A stretch of 62,299 nucleotides of DNA from an uncultured Clostridia bacterium (GTDB lineage: Bacteria > Bacillota > Clostridia > Christensenellales > Borkfalkiaceae): assembly GCA_947587085.1 (NCBI GenBank), contig CANPXX010000001.1, positions 1 to 62,299 on the forward strand, read 5' to 3'. Position numbers and translations under genes: made by a program. The stretch's first letter is position 1. Every line of letters begins with the position of its first letter. The notes under the pieces were generated by a model. The model ran no database searches. It saw only the letters and a program-made list of their open reading frames with translations, and was not told the DNA's origin. Of the stretch, positions 50,755 through 59,619 are shown one piece after another.

Positions 50755-50987
50755 AAAGGCAGAGAAGCGGAAGAGACGCGCGCAGGCCGCGGCACAGAGA
50801 GAGGGGCAGGCTGAGAACCCTTGCGTGGCGCGCACGGTATTCCCCCGCCAGCCGCCCCGCCGAACAGAACTTCAAGCGGAGCCGCGACCCGCGTTAAGGG
50901 AGAATGAGGCGCGCTTCGGCGCGCAAAGACGGGTGGTACCGCGAATCGCAACGCCCCGCCGAATCGGCGGGCGCGTTTTATTATTTT
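50755..50987 (+). promoter_or_regulatory. T-box riboswitch leader, Phe specifier (UUC)
   Basis: AGAGA-type stem I elements are present. The specifier UUC at 50871-50873 is followed by A. The conserved T-box AAAGACGGGTGGTACCGCG is at 50925-50943. A terminator hairpin cgccccgcc/ggcgggcg plus a T-run lies at 50951-50987. Confidence 0.85.
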
Positions 50988-51014
50988 GCCGCGGAAGCGG
51001 AACGGGAGGTCGGA

Positions 51015-52031
51015 ATGGAGACGGAAAACATCGAAGAAGAGGCACAGCGGGAGGCGGAAGAGGCGAGCTCCTCGCGCGCGCTGTACGAAGTGAAGATGAA
51101 GTTTTTGGGGCGCACGGGCAAGGTGACAGCGCTCCTCAAAGGCATGCGCGAGATCGCGGCGGAGCACCGCCCCGCCTTCGGCAAGCGCGTGAACGAGCTC
51201 AGGGAAAAGCTCGAGGGGATGTTCTCTTCCCTCGAAGAGCGCATGCGGCGGCGGGAAATGGAGGAGAAGCTCGCGGGCGAGCGCATCGACGTCACCATGC
51301 CGGGCCGGCGGCGGCAGCGCGGCGCGCTCCATCCCGTCACCCGCACCGCGTACGAGCTCATCGACATCTTCTCGGGCATGGGCTTCGAGGTGTTCGAGGG
51401 ACCCGAGGTCGAGACCGACCACTACAACTTTACCGCCCTCAACACGCCCGCCGACCATCCCGCGCGGGACATGCAGGACACCTTCTATATCACGGACAGC
51501 ATCCTGCTCCGCACGCAGACGAGCGCGGGACAGATAAGACTCATGGAGAAGAAGAGCCCGCCCATCAAGATGCTCTCGCCCGGGCGGGTGTTCCGTTCGG
51601 ACGACGACGCGACGCATTCCCCCATGTTCCACCAGATGGAGGGGCTCGTCGTGGACAGGCACATCACGCTGTGCGACCTCAAAGGGATGCTCGACGAATT
51701 CGCCCGCGCGGAATTCTCCTCCTCGTCCAAGACGAGGCTCCGCCCCTCCTACTTCCCCTTCACCGAACCCTCGGTCGAGGTGGACGTGAGCTGCCATATC
51801 TGCGGGGGCAAGGGATGCCCTCTGTGCAAGGGGACGGGCTGGATCGAGGTGCTCGGCGCGGGGATGGTGAACAGGCGGGTGCTCGAAAACTGCGGCGTGG
51901 ACCCCGACGCATATTCGGGCTTCGCGTTCGGCATGGGCATCGAGCGCATCGCCATGCTCAAATACGGCATCAACAACATCAAACTGCTCACCGAGAACGA
52001 CACCCGTTTTCTCGAACAGTTCGAAGATTGA
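51015..52031 (+). CDS. pheS: Phenylalanyl-tRNA synthetase alpha subunit
   Basis: Class II motifs: HP......D.F, FR.D..D.TH...FHQ.EG, and [18 protein letters not shown]. Confidence 0.95.
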   Translation: METENIEEEAQREAEEASSSRALYEVKMKFLGRTGKVTALLKGMREIAAEHRPAFGKRVNELREKLEGMFSSLEERMRRREMEEKLAGERIDVTMPGRRRQRGALHPVTRTAYELIDIFSGMGFEVFEGPEVETDHYNFTALNTPADHPARDMQDTFYITDSILLRTQTSAGQIRLMEKKSPPIKMLSPGRVFRSDDDATHSPMFHQMEGLVVDRHITLCDLKGMLDEFARAEFSSSSKTRLRPSYFPFTEPSVEVDVSCHICGGKGCPLCKGTGWIEVLGAGMVNRRVLENCGVDPDAYSGFAFGMGIERIAMLKYGINNIKLLTENDTRFLEQFED

Positions 52032-52043
52032 GGAGGGACGGAG

Positions 52044-54449
52044 ATGAAAGTACCTTATTCGTGGCTGAAAGACTATGTGGATCTCGACATCCCGCCCGAA
52101 GCGCTCGAAGAGAAGCTCTTCTCCTGCGGCTTCGAGGTGGAGGAGCTCGTCTATCTCGGGAAGGACGTCGTGAACGTCGCCGTCGGGCGCATCGTCAAGT
52201 GCGAGAAGCATCCCGACGCAGACAGGCTCACCGTGTGCACGACGGACTGCGGCGTGCACGGGGTAAAGCAGATCGTCACCGCCGCGACCAACGTGTCCGA
52301 GGGGGCGCTCGTCCCCGTCGCGCTGGACGGCGCGACCGTCCTGCATGAGGGCGGCGTCGAGAAGATCAAGGCGGGGAAACTGCGCGGCGTGCTCTCGGAG
52401 GGCATGTTCTGTTCGGGCGAAGAGCTCGGCATCAACGACGATTTCTATGAGGGCGCCGAGGTGAACGGCATCCTCCTCCTCGATCCCGCCGACGCGAAGC
52501 CCGGGGACGACATCCGCCCCGTCGTCGGCATCGACGACTACATCTTCGATATCGCGGTGACGGCGAACCGTCCCGATTGCCAGAGCGTGCTCGGCATCGC
52601 GCGCGAAGTCGCCGCCGTGCTCAAAAAGCCCTTCCGCTATCCCGCGTTCGGCTTCGAGGGCGCGTGCGGGGAGGGAGACGTGACCGTCACGGTGGAGGAG
52701 CCCAAGCTCTGCCCGCGGTACATCGGGCACGCCGTGAAGAACGTCAAGATCGCGCCCTCCCCCCGCTGGATGCGCCGCCGCCTCGCCCTTCTCGGCATCC
52801 GCGGCATCTCTAACATCGTGGACATCACGAATTACGTCCTGCTCGAGATCGGCCAGCCGATGCACGCCTTCGACAGGCGTTCGCTGAGGGGCGGGAAGAT
52901 CGTCGTGCGGCGCGCCGCAGCGGGGGAGAAGATCGTCACCCTCGACGAAAAGGAATTCACGCTCACGCCCGAAAACCTTCTCATCTGCGACGGCGAGCGG
53001 CCCGTCGCGCTCGCGGGCGTGATGGGCGGGCTGGACAGCGAGATCGAACAGGACACCTCCGAAGTGTTCTTCGAGGCGGCGAGCTTCGCGCGCGACAGCG
53101 TGAGAAAGACCTCCCGCGCCCTCGGGCAGAGGAGCGATTCCTCCGCCCGCTTCGAGAAGGGCGTCGATGCCCTCTGGACGCCCGACGCGGGCATGCGCCG
53201 CGCCCTCCGTCTCGTGCAGGAGCTCGGCTGCGGCACCCCCGTCGCGCACGGTGTGGACGCGCTCTCCGTCCCCGTCCGCAAGAGGACGGTCCGCACCTCG
53301 TACGCCGCCATCGACGGAGTGCTCGGCATCCGCGTCCCCAAGGAGGAGACCGACGATATTCTAAGGCGCCTCTTCTTCGAGATCGAGGGCGACGGCGAGA
53401 CGTTCACCGCCACCGTCCCCCCGTGGAGGGAGGATGTGGACGGCTATCCCGACCTCGCGGAGGAGGTCATCCGCATGTACGGCTACGACCACATCGAGCC
53501 CACCTTTCTGGAACGGGCGACGGTCACGCACGGGGGGCTCACCGAGGCGCAGAGGACGGAGCGCAAATTCAAGGACGTGCTCCGCTATGAGGGGTACTGC
53601 GAGGCGTGCACCTATTCCTTCGGCTCGCCCAAGGATTTCGATCTCCTGCGCCTTCCCGCGGACGCGCCCGAGCGGCACGCCGTCTCCCTCCTCAATCCCA
53701 TCGGGGAGGACCTCTCGGTGATGCGCACCCTCCTCACGCCCGCCATGCTGCAAAACGTCGTGCGCAACGTGCGGCGCGGCAACGAATCGGGCAAGCTGTT
53801 CGAGCTCGCCAACGTGTATCTCCCGCAAGAGCTTCCCTTGAAGGAGCTCCCCGAGGAGCGCAGACACCTCGCGCTCGCGCTGTGGGGGGAGGGCGACCTC
53901 TTCGACCTCAAAGGCGCGGTGGAGGCGATCGGGGAGACCTTCCGCGTGAAGTTCACCTTCGAACGCGGCGAACGCCCCTATCTGCACCCCGGCGTCACGG
54001 CGGTCGTCAAGGCGGGGGAGAGGGAGATCGGCACGATCGGCGAATTGCACCCCGCCGTGGCGGAGGCGCTCGCGCTCGAAAAGCGGGTCGTCCTCGGCGA
54101 GCTCGATTACGCCGCGCTCTGCCCGCTCTTCTCCTCCGAGACGGGCTACCGCAACCCGCCCGCTTTCCCCGCCATCTCGCGCGATCTCGCCGTGGTGGTG
54201 GACGAGGAAAAGACGTGCGCTGAGCTCGAAGCGTGCATCCTGCACGCGTGCAAGGCGGTGAAGCGCGCAGAACTCTTCGACGTCTACCGCGACGCGCGCA
54301 TCGGCAGGGGAAAGAAGAGCATGGCGTTCCGCCTCCTGTTCGAGGCGGACGAGCGGGCGGAGAAGCCGCTCTCCCCCGAGACGGTGGACGGCTTCTTCAA
54401 GAAGATCGTGGGCAATCTTTCCCGCCTGTTGGGCGCCGAACTGCGCTGA
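52044..54449 (+). CDS. pheT: Phenylalanyl-tRNA synthetase beta subunit
   Basis: 801 aa opening MKVPYSWLKDYVDL, with tRNA-binding, B3/4, B5 and FDX-ACB regions collinear with PheT. Confidence 0.95.
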   Translation: MKVPYSWLKDYVDLDIPPEALEEKLFSCGFEVEELVYLGKDVVNVAVGRIVKCEKHPDADRLTVCTTDCGVHGVKQIVTAATNVSEGALVPVALDGATVLHEGGVEKIKAGKLRGVLSEGMFCSGEELGINDDFYEGAEVNGILLLDPADAKPGDDIRPVVGIDDYIFDIAVTANRPDCQSVLGIAREVAAVLKKPFRYPAFGFEGACGEGDVTVTVEEPKLCPRYIGHAVKNVKIAPSPRWMRRRLALLGIRGISNIVDITNYVLLEIGQPMHAFDRRSLRGGKIVVRRAAAGEKIVTLDEKEFTLTPENLLICDGERPVALAGVMGGLDSEIEQDTSEVFFEAASFARDSVRKTSRALGQRSDSSARFEKGVDALWTPDAGMRRALRLVQELGCGTPVAHGVDALSVPVRKRTVRTSYAAIDGVLGIRVPKEETDDILRRLFFEIEGDGETFTATVPPWREDVDGYPDLAEEVIRMYGYDHIEPTFLERATVTHGGLTEAQRTERKFKDVLRYEGYCEACTYSFGSPKDFDLLRLPADAPERHAVSLLNPIGEDLSVMRTLLTPAMLQNVVRNVRRGNESGKLFELANVYLPQELPLKELPEERRHLALALWGEGDLFDLKGAVEAIGETFRVKFTFERGERPYLHPGVTAVVKAGEREIGTIGELHPAVAEALALEKRVVLGELDYAALCPLFSSETGYRNPPAFPAISRDLAVVVDEEKTCAELEACILHACKAVKRAELFDVYRDARIGRGKKSMAFRLLFEADERAEKPLSPETVDGFFKKIVGNLSRLLGAELR

Positions 54450-54477
54450 GCAATTTCGCAAAAAGGGAGAAAAAGGA

Positions 54478-54505
54478 TTGACAATCGTGTCGGTTTGTGT
54501 ATAAT
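54478..54505 (+). promoter_or_regulatory. Candidate promoter for the first Wzz-like gene
   Basis: TTGACA, a 16-nt spacer, then TATAAT. It is followed by an 11-bp perfect hairpin at 54510-54534. Confidence 0.55.
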
Positions 54506-54565
54506 GATAGGCGGACGAAATATTTTCGTCCGCCGTTTCATACTGATGAACAGAGGGAGAACATC

Positions 54566-55939
54566 ATGCAGGAAGAAGAGCAGGAAGTGAAAGAGGGAGG
54601 CGTCACCTTCGGGGAGATCGTCCGCGTCGTCTTGAAAAAGATATGGTACGTCCTCGGCGCCTCGGCGCTGTGCACCATCATCGCCGTCCTCCTCGTGCAC
54701 TTCGTCATCAACCCGGGCGCAGTCACCTACGCCACCACCTTCACGGTCCAATATCCCAACCGCGAGACGTTGCAGTATCCCGACGGGACCGAGTTCAACT
54801 ATCAGGACTTCATCTCGGAGGAATTCCTCCTCGCCGCCAAGCAGTCGGACGAGAAATTCGCCGACCTCGACGTGGAGGGGATGATCGCCAAGGACGCATT
54901 CTCGGTCGGCATCGCCTCGCTCGAAAAGGTGCAGGACGGGGAGAAGCTCGAGGACACGGGCACCTACACCATCAGCGTGAAGGGCGGAAAATTCGAGAGC
55001 AAACAGCTCGCCTCGCAGTATCTTCGCGCGGTGGGCGAGCAGATCATCCTCCGCGTCAACGAATCCGTCGCCAAATTCGACAACGGGGTCAACCTCACGG
55101 CGTACGAGAACGCGCGCACCTTCTCCGAGAAGATCGACCGTCTCGTCGCCCAGAAGGACTACCTTTTGAGCCGCTACGATAACTTCATCACGGCGTACGG
55201 CGAGAACTACGAGGTCACGCTCGCGCAGACGGGCAGGACCATCCGCAGTTACCGCTCCGAGGTGGAGCTCGCGATGGATTCGCTCACCGAGCAGGTGCTC
55301 CGCTCCGACCTCGCAAACAACGGCTACCGCGGACCGACGGAGGGGGAGGACCTCGTCAGAATCACCATTCAGGAGCTCAAAGAGGAGCGCTCCGAGAACA
55401 GGCGCATCATTGCGGCGCTCCAATCCCGTCTCGACGATCTCTATACGATCTATAAGGCGGACTCTTCGAGCAGTTCCACCCTCGTGCCGCAGTTCGAGGC
55501 GTTCCACACGCAGATCGCGACGCTCACCACCCGCAACGAGCAGATCAATACCGAGCTCATCATCCGCTATGCCTCCATCGGGCAGGACTACCGTTACGAT
55601 GCCGTCACCGATACCGAGGAGCTCTCGGAGCTCACGGAGGAACGCGGCGACCAAGCCGCCTTCGAGAAGCGGCTCAAAGAGCAGTACGATCTTTTGGCGG
55701 AACTCACCGAGACCTATCATTCGGTGGCGGTCAAGCTGTATGCGACGGAGTCGCAGGTGCGCTTCACCACCATGCAGGCGGTCACGGAGAGCGCGGGCGT
55801 GAGCGTGGCGCTCGTCGCCGTCGCGACCTTCGTCGTCGTGTTCCTGCTCGGCAGCGTCGTGGTGTACGCGGTGGATTGCTCCAAGCGGAACAAGGCGGCA
55901 TCTCAGCCGCCGCAGGATACGGAGGGCCCCGAGGCATAA
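54566..55939 (+). CDS. Wzz-like polysaccharide chain-length determinant family protein
   Basis: An N-terminal TM follows VTFGEIVRVVLKKIWYVLGASALCTIIAVLLV. There is a long helical extracytoplasmic region and a C-terminal TM (VALVAVATFVVVFLLGSVVVYAV). Confidence 0.55.
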   Translation: MQEEEQEVKEGGVTFGEIVRVVLKKIWYVLGASALCTIIAVLLVHFVINPGAVTYATTFTVQYPNRETLQYPDGTEFNYQDFISEEFLLAAKQSDEKFADLDVEGMIAKDAFSVGIASLEKVQDGEKLEDTGTYTISVKGGKFESKQLASQYLRAVGEQIILRVNESVAKFDNGVNLTAYENARTFSEKIDRLVAQKDYLLSRYDNFITAYGENYEVTLAQTGRTIRSYRSEVELAMDSLTEQVLRSDLANNGYRGPTEGEDLVRITIQELKEERSENRRIIAALQSRLDDLYTIYKADSSSSSTLVPQFEAFHTQIATLTTRNEQINTELIIRYASIGQDYRYDAVTDTEELSELTEERGDQAAFEKRLKEQYDLLAELTETYHSVAVKLYATESQVRFTTMQAVTESAGVSVALVAVATFVVVFLLGSVVVYAVDCSKRNKAASQPPQDTEGPEA

Positions 55940-55996
55940 TCGACGGGATTCGACCGAAAAACAGCAAACAGGATAGTCAATTGACCTCGCCGTCGG

Positions 55997-56025
55997 TTGA
56001 CTATTTGTTTATCGCGAAGTATAAT
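55997..56025 (+). promoter_or_regulatory. Candidate promoter for the second Wzz-like gene
   Basis: TTGACT, a 17-nt spacer, then TATAAT. Confidence 0.6.
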
Positions 56026-56053
56026 CGGGGGAAGAAAGCATCGGAGCGTTGGC

Positions 56054-57106
56054 ATGCAGGAAGAGCAGACGGGCGTCTCCCTCTCGGAGATCGGGCGCGT
56101 TTTACGGAAGAGATCGGTCTTGATCGTGCTCCTTTCGATGATCGCGGCGGTCGTGGCGGCGGTCATCTTCGCGTTCTGGATCGACCCTGCGCGCGAGGAC
56201 TTCGTCTTTGTTCTGCGGAACGGATATTCCCCTCCCGCGGACCTTGTCACGGGGGAGAACGTGCGCGCGGCGGCGTCCGACGCCCGCTTTGCCTCGCTCG
56301 ATGTCGGCAAGATCGAGAAGGGCGCGACGTTCGGGCGCACCGAGACGGGCGGGACGCTCTCCCTCCCCGGCAGAGAGTTCCCCGACTTCGAGACGGCTTG
56401 GCGGTTCGCGGACGCGCTGGCGGAGGCGGCGGCGGAGCGTCAGGCGGCGGCGGAGGCGGCGGGCGGCACCTTCTTGCCCGACCGCGTCTATGGGGAAGTC
56501 CCCTTCGAGGAACAGCTGCTCCTTCTCTCCGAGGAGAAGGAGGCGCTTTTAAGCCGCGTGGACGAGTGGATCCGCCTGCTTGGCGGGAGCTACGTCGCGG
56601 GCGGGAGCACGCTTGCGGCGGTGCGCGCGGAGCTTCTCGTCACCTATGCGGACAGCGTCGCGCGGTCGCTCTCGGAGGAGCTCGCGGAGAGCTGTTACGC
56701 CCCCGTGAAGTTTCTGGCGGAGCGCAGGGCGCGCCTTACCGCCGAATACGAACAGAACACGCGCGCCGCGGCGGCGGTCGGCGTGGCGGGAGAGACGCTC
56801 GCGGGACTTCTCGCCCGCAATGCGTACATCGACTATTATTTGGAGAACACCCTCACCGAGGACGCCTCGCGGGCATTCGCCGCGCGGATCGAGACGGAGC
56901 GCGCCTCGCTCGCGGCGGCGGAGGAGCGCGTTTCCGCGCTCGCGTCCGAGCTGTACGGGGAAGAGCTCGCGCGCTACACCGTTGAGAGCGGCGAGCGCAA
57001 GGGGGGGATCTCCCCCGTGCTCGCGGCGGCGGGCGCCTTCCTCCTCACGGCGGTAGTCTGCGTCGTCGCCTTTACGGCGGCGGAGCGCAGGCGGGAGGGC
57101 GGTTGA
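56054..57106 (+). CDS. Second Wzz-like bitopic membrane protein
   Basis: Same architecture as the first Wzz-like protein. It starts VSLSEIGRVLRKRSVLIVLLSMIAAVVAAVIF and ends with TM LAAAGAFLLTAVVCVVAF. Confidence 0.5.
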   Translation: MQEEQTGVSLSEIGRVLRKRSVLIVLLSMIAAVVAAVIFAFWIDPAREDFVFVLRNGYSPPADLVTGENVRAAASDARFASLDVGKIEKGATFGRTETGGTLSLPGREFPDFETAWRFADALAEAAAERQAAAEAAGGTFLPDRVYGEVPFEEQLLLLSEEKEALLSRVDEWIRLLGGSYVAGGSTLAAVRAELLVTYADSVARSLSEELAESCYAPVKFLAERRARLTAEYEQNTRAAAAVGVAGETLAGLLARNAYIDYYLENTLTEDASRAFAARIETERASLAAAEERVSALASELYGEELARYTVESGERKGGISPVLAAAGAFLLTAVVCVVAFTAAERRREGG

Positions 57107-57121
57107 TACGGAGGGAGAAGA

Positions 57122-57715
57122 ATGATCGCTTTTGCGGCGCTGCGCTTTACGGAGGACGAGAATCTGCGCGACCGCGTGTATTGGTACCTCGGCGAGGGCT
57201 TGAAGGAGGGGGAGCGGGTGCTCGCCCCCGTCGGTCCGCATGACAGGCTCCAACGGGCGCGGGTGGAGCGCACCCTCCTCGCGGAGGCGGAAAACGCCCC
57301 CTATGACATCCGCCTCATGAAGAAGGTGGCGGCGCGGGACGGGGCGCGCGTCCTCGCGGCGGGGGGAGTGCGCTGTGTGGAGCTGGGCGGCGTGCGGTAC
57401 GACGACCGCCACTATACGCGGTTCGGGCGGGTGCTGTACGCGGAGGAGGAGCCCGAGGGGGAAGAACTTGCCGCCTACGGCGTGAAGAGGACGGTGCGGA
57501 CGGACCGCCCCGACGGGGAGACGATGCGCCGCATCCTCGGCGCGCCCTGCGTGCTCGTCACGGGGGCGGGAGCGGCGGAGGTCTGTTCCCTTCTCCTCGC
57601 GCTCGCGCGGCGGGAGGAGGACGCCGCGGAGAGGGCACGCGCGCTCGGATTGGAGGAGAAAGAGATCGAAGGATTGCGGCAGCGTCTCATCGGGCCGCAG
57701 GGGAGAGACCAATGA
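57122..57715 (+). CDS. Hypothetical protein
   Basis: 197-aa ORF with coding-like composition and an ATGA overlap with ansA. I recognise no family. Confidence 0.5.
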   Translation: MIAFAALRFTEDENLRDRVYWYLGEGLKEGERVLAPVGPHDRLQRARVERTLLAEAENAPYDIRLMKKVAARDGARVLAAGGVRCVELGGVRYDDRHYTRFGRVLYAEEEPEGEELAAYGVKRTVRTDRPDGETMRRILGAPCVLVTGAGAAEVCSLLLALARREEDAAERARALGLEEKEIEGLRQRLIGPQGRDQ

Positions 57716-58698
57716 AGAAAATTTTGATGATCGCGACGGGCGGGACCATCGCGTCCCGTCCCACCGAAGCGGGGCTGGCGCCCGCCATTTCCCCCGAGGA
57801 GCTCGTCGCCTATGTGCCCGAGATCGCAGGGTGCGCCGAGGTGCATACCATACAGCCCTTCTGCCTCGACAGCACCAACCTCTCGCCCGCCCATTGGCTG
57901 ACGCTCGAGCGGGCGATCGAGGAGAACTATGCCGCCTTCGACGGCTTCGTCATCACGCACGGGACGGACACCCTCGCCTATACGGCGGCGGCGCTCGGCT
58001 ATCTCGTGCAGAACAGCCCCAAGCCCATCGTTTTGACGGGTTCGCAGAAGTCGGTGTACCTGCGCGATACCGACGCGCGCAGAAATCTCGCCGACGCCTT
58101 CTTCTACTGCGCGGACGGCGGCGCATGCGGTGTGAAGGTGGTGTTCGACGGCAACGTCATCCTCGGCTCCCGCGCCCGCAAGACGCGCACGCGGAGCTTC
58201 AACGCCTTTTCGAGCGTGGACTATCCCCCCGTCGCCGTCATGCGGGACGGCGCGCCGTACTACTTCATTCCCCCTTCGCCCGCGGGCGGGGCGCCCTCGT
58301 TCTACCGCGCGCTCGACCGCAACGTGTTCGTGCTCAAACTCATCCCGGGCATCCGCGCGGACGTATTCGACTATCTCGACCGCGCTTGCAACGCCCTCAT
58401 CGTGGAATCCTTCGGCGCGGGCGGACTCCCCGATTACGGGGACGGCGAGCTCTTGGCGCGCGTGAAAGCGTTCGCGGCGGAAAAGCCCGTCGTGTTCGCC
58501 ACGCAGGTGGAGCGGGAGGGGAGCTCGCTCGATACCTATGAAGTGGGGCGCAAGCTCCGCTCGATCGGGCGGGTGCTCGAAGCGCGCACCATGACGTTGG
58601 AGGCGACGCTCTCCAAGCTCATGTGGCTGCTCCCGCAGGCGCGGGGGGAGGAGCTCGAACGCAGATTTTACGAGCCCGTCGATCACGACCTTCTGTGA
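57712..58698 (+). CDS. ansA: L-asparaginase, type I
   Basis: Contains ILMIATGGTIAS and HGTDTLAYTAAAL, with ...PIVLTGSQ. Confidence 0.9.
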   Translation: MKKILMIATGGTIASRPTEAGLAPAISPEELVAYVPEIAGCAEVHTIQPFCLDSTNLSPAHWLTLERAIEENYAAFDGFVITHGTDTLAYTAAALGYLVQNSPKPIVLTGSQKSVYLRDTDARRNLADAFFYCADGGACGVKVVFDGNVILGSRARKTRTRSFNAFSSVDYPPVAVMRDGAPYYFIPPSPAGGAPSFYRALDRNVFVLKLIPGIRADVFDYLDRACNALIVESFGAGGLPDYGDGELLARVKAFAAEKPVVFATQVEREGSSLDTYEVGRKLRSIGRVLEARTMTLEATLSKLMWLLPQARGEELERRFYEPVDHDLL

Positions 58699-58718
58699 GG
58701 CGGAGCTTGGAAAGACCC

Positions 58719-58764
58719 ATGCGGGCGCGCCGCGGCAAATGCCGCGGCGCGCCCGCATTTTTGT
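58719..58764 (+). terminator. Intrinsic terminator after ansA
   Basis: 18-bp perfect stem atgcgggcgcgccgcggc/gccgcggcgcgcccgcat followed by TTTTTG. Confidence 0.85.
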
Positions 58765-58872
58765 GCGTCCGCTGTGTGCGTCCCGACCCCTCCGAGAGGG
58801 GGCGGCGGGAGAAATCTGCGAAAAAACACATAGAAATTTCCGTCTTGCGCACATTGTGCATAGGAGGAAATT

Positions 58873-59610
58873 ATGAAGAAGATTTTGGCAATCGGCGCGC
58901 TGGCGATTGCGCTCACCGCAACCGCCGCCACGGGCGTCACGGCGTACGTCGCCCGCCCGCGGGAAGCCGAAACAGCGCAGACCGCCGTTCTTCCCGCCGC
59001 GGTGCTCCGTCAGGGGAGTACGGGCGGCGAGGTGAAAGAGGTACAGCGCAGACTGAAACAATGGGGCTACTACACGGGCGCGGTGGACGGCGTGTTCGGC
59101 GCGGCGACGCGTCGCGCGGTCATCGCCTTCCAAAAGAAGAACGGGCTCACCGCCGACGGCGTCGTGGGCAAGGCGACCTTCAAGGCGCTCGGCATGAACG
59201 AGTCCTATCAGGCGCTCGACGGAAAGAGTCCGTCGTCGGGCGCTTCGTCGCAGTACACCTCGTCCGACCTCTATCTCATGGCGAAGGCGATCTACGCCGA
59301 GGGAAGAGGGGAGAGCTACACGGGACAGGTTGCGATCGGCGCGGTCATCATGAACCGCGTGCGGAACGCTTCCTTCCCCAACACCGTTGCGGGCGTCATC
59401 TATCAGAAGGGCGCGTTCACGGCGGTCGCCGACGGGCAGATCAACCTCGAACCCGACCAGACGGCGTATAACGCCGCCCGCGACGCGATGAACGGTTGGG
59501 ATCCCACATACGGGTGCATCTATTACTACAATCCCGCCGTCGCGACGAGCGCGTGGATCTTCAACCGTCAGACGGTCACGGTCATCGGCAAGCATGTCTT
59601 TGCCATATAA
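58873..59610 (+). CDS. sleB: Spore cortex-lytic enzyme SleB (PG-binding domain + hydrolase_2 domain)
   Basis: Signal peptide, PG_binding_1 motif (VKEVQRRLKQWGYYTGAVDGVFG..T..AV..FQ) and the catalytic domain AIYAEGRGE...GQVAIGAVIMNRV. Confidence 0.9.
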   Translation: MKKILAIGALAIALTATAATGVTAYVARPREAETAQTAVLPAAVLRQGSTGGEVKEVQRRLKQWGYYTGAVDGVFGAATRRAVIAFQKKNGLTADGVVGKATFKALGMNESYQALDGKSPSSGASSQYTSSDLYLMAKAIYAEGRGESYTGQVAIGAVIMNRVRNASFPNTVAGVIYQKGAFTAVADGQINLEPDQTAYNAARDAMNGWDPTYGCIYYYNPAVATSAWIFNRQTVTVIGKHVFAI

Positions 59611-59619
59611 GGAGGAGAG

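Noticed and set aside
46743-53249. Minus-strand ORFs 46743-48311, 49037-50725 and 50652-53249
   Set aside because: They lie antisense to the glutamate synthase genes and pheST. They cross the T-box leader and intergenic regions and show no motifs.
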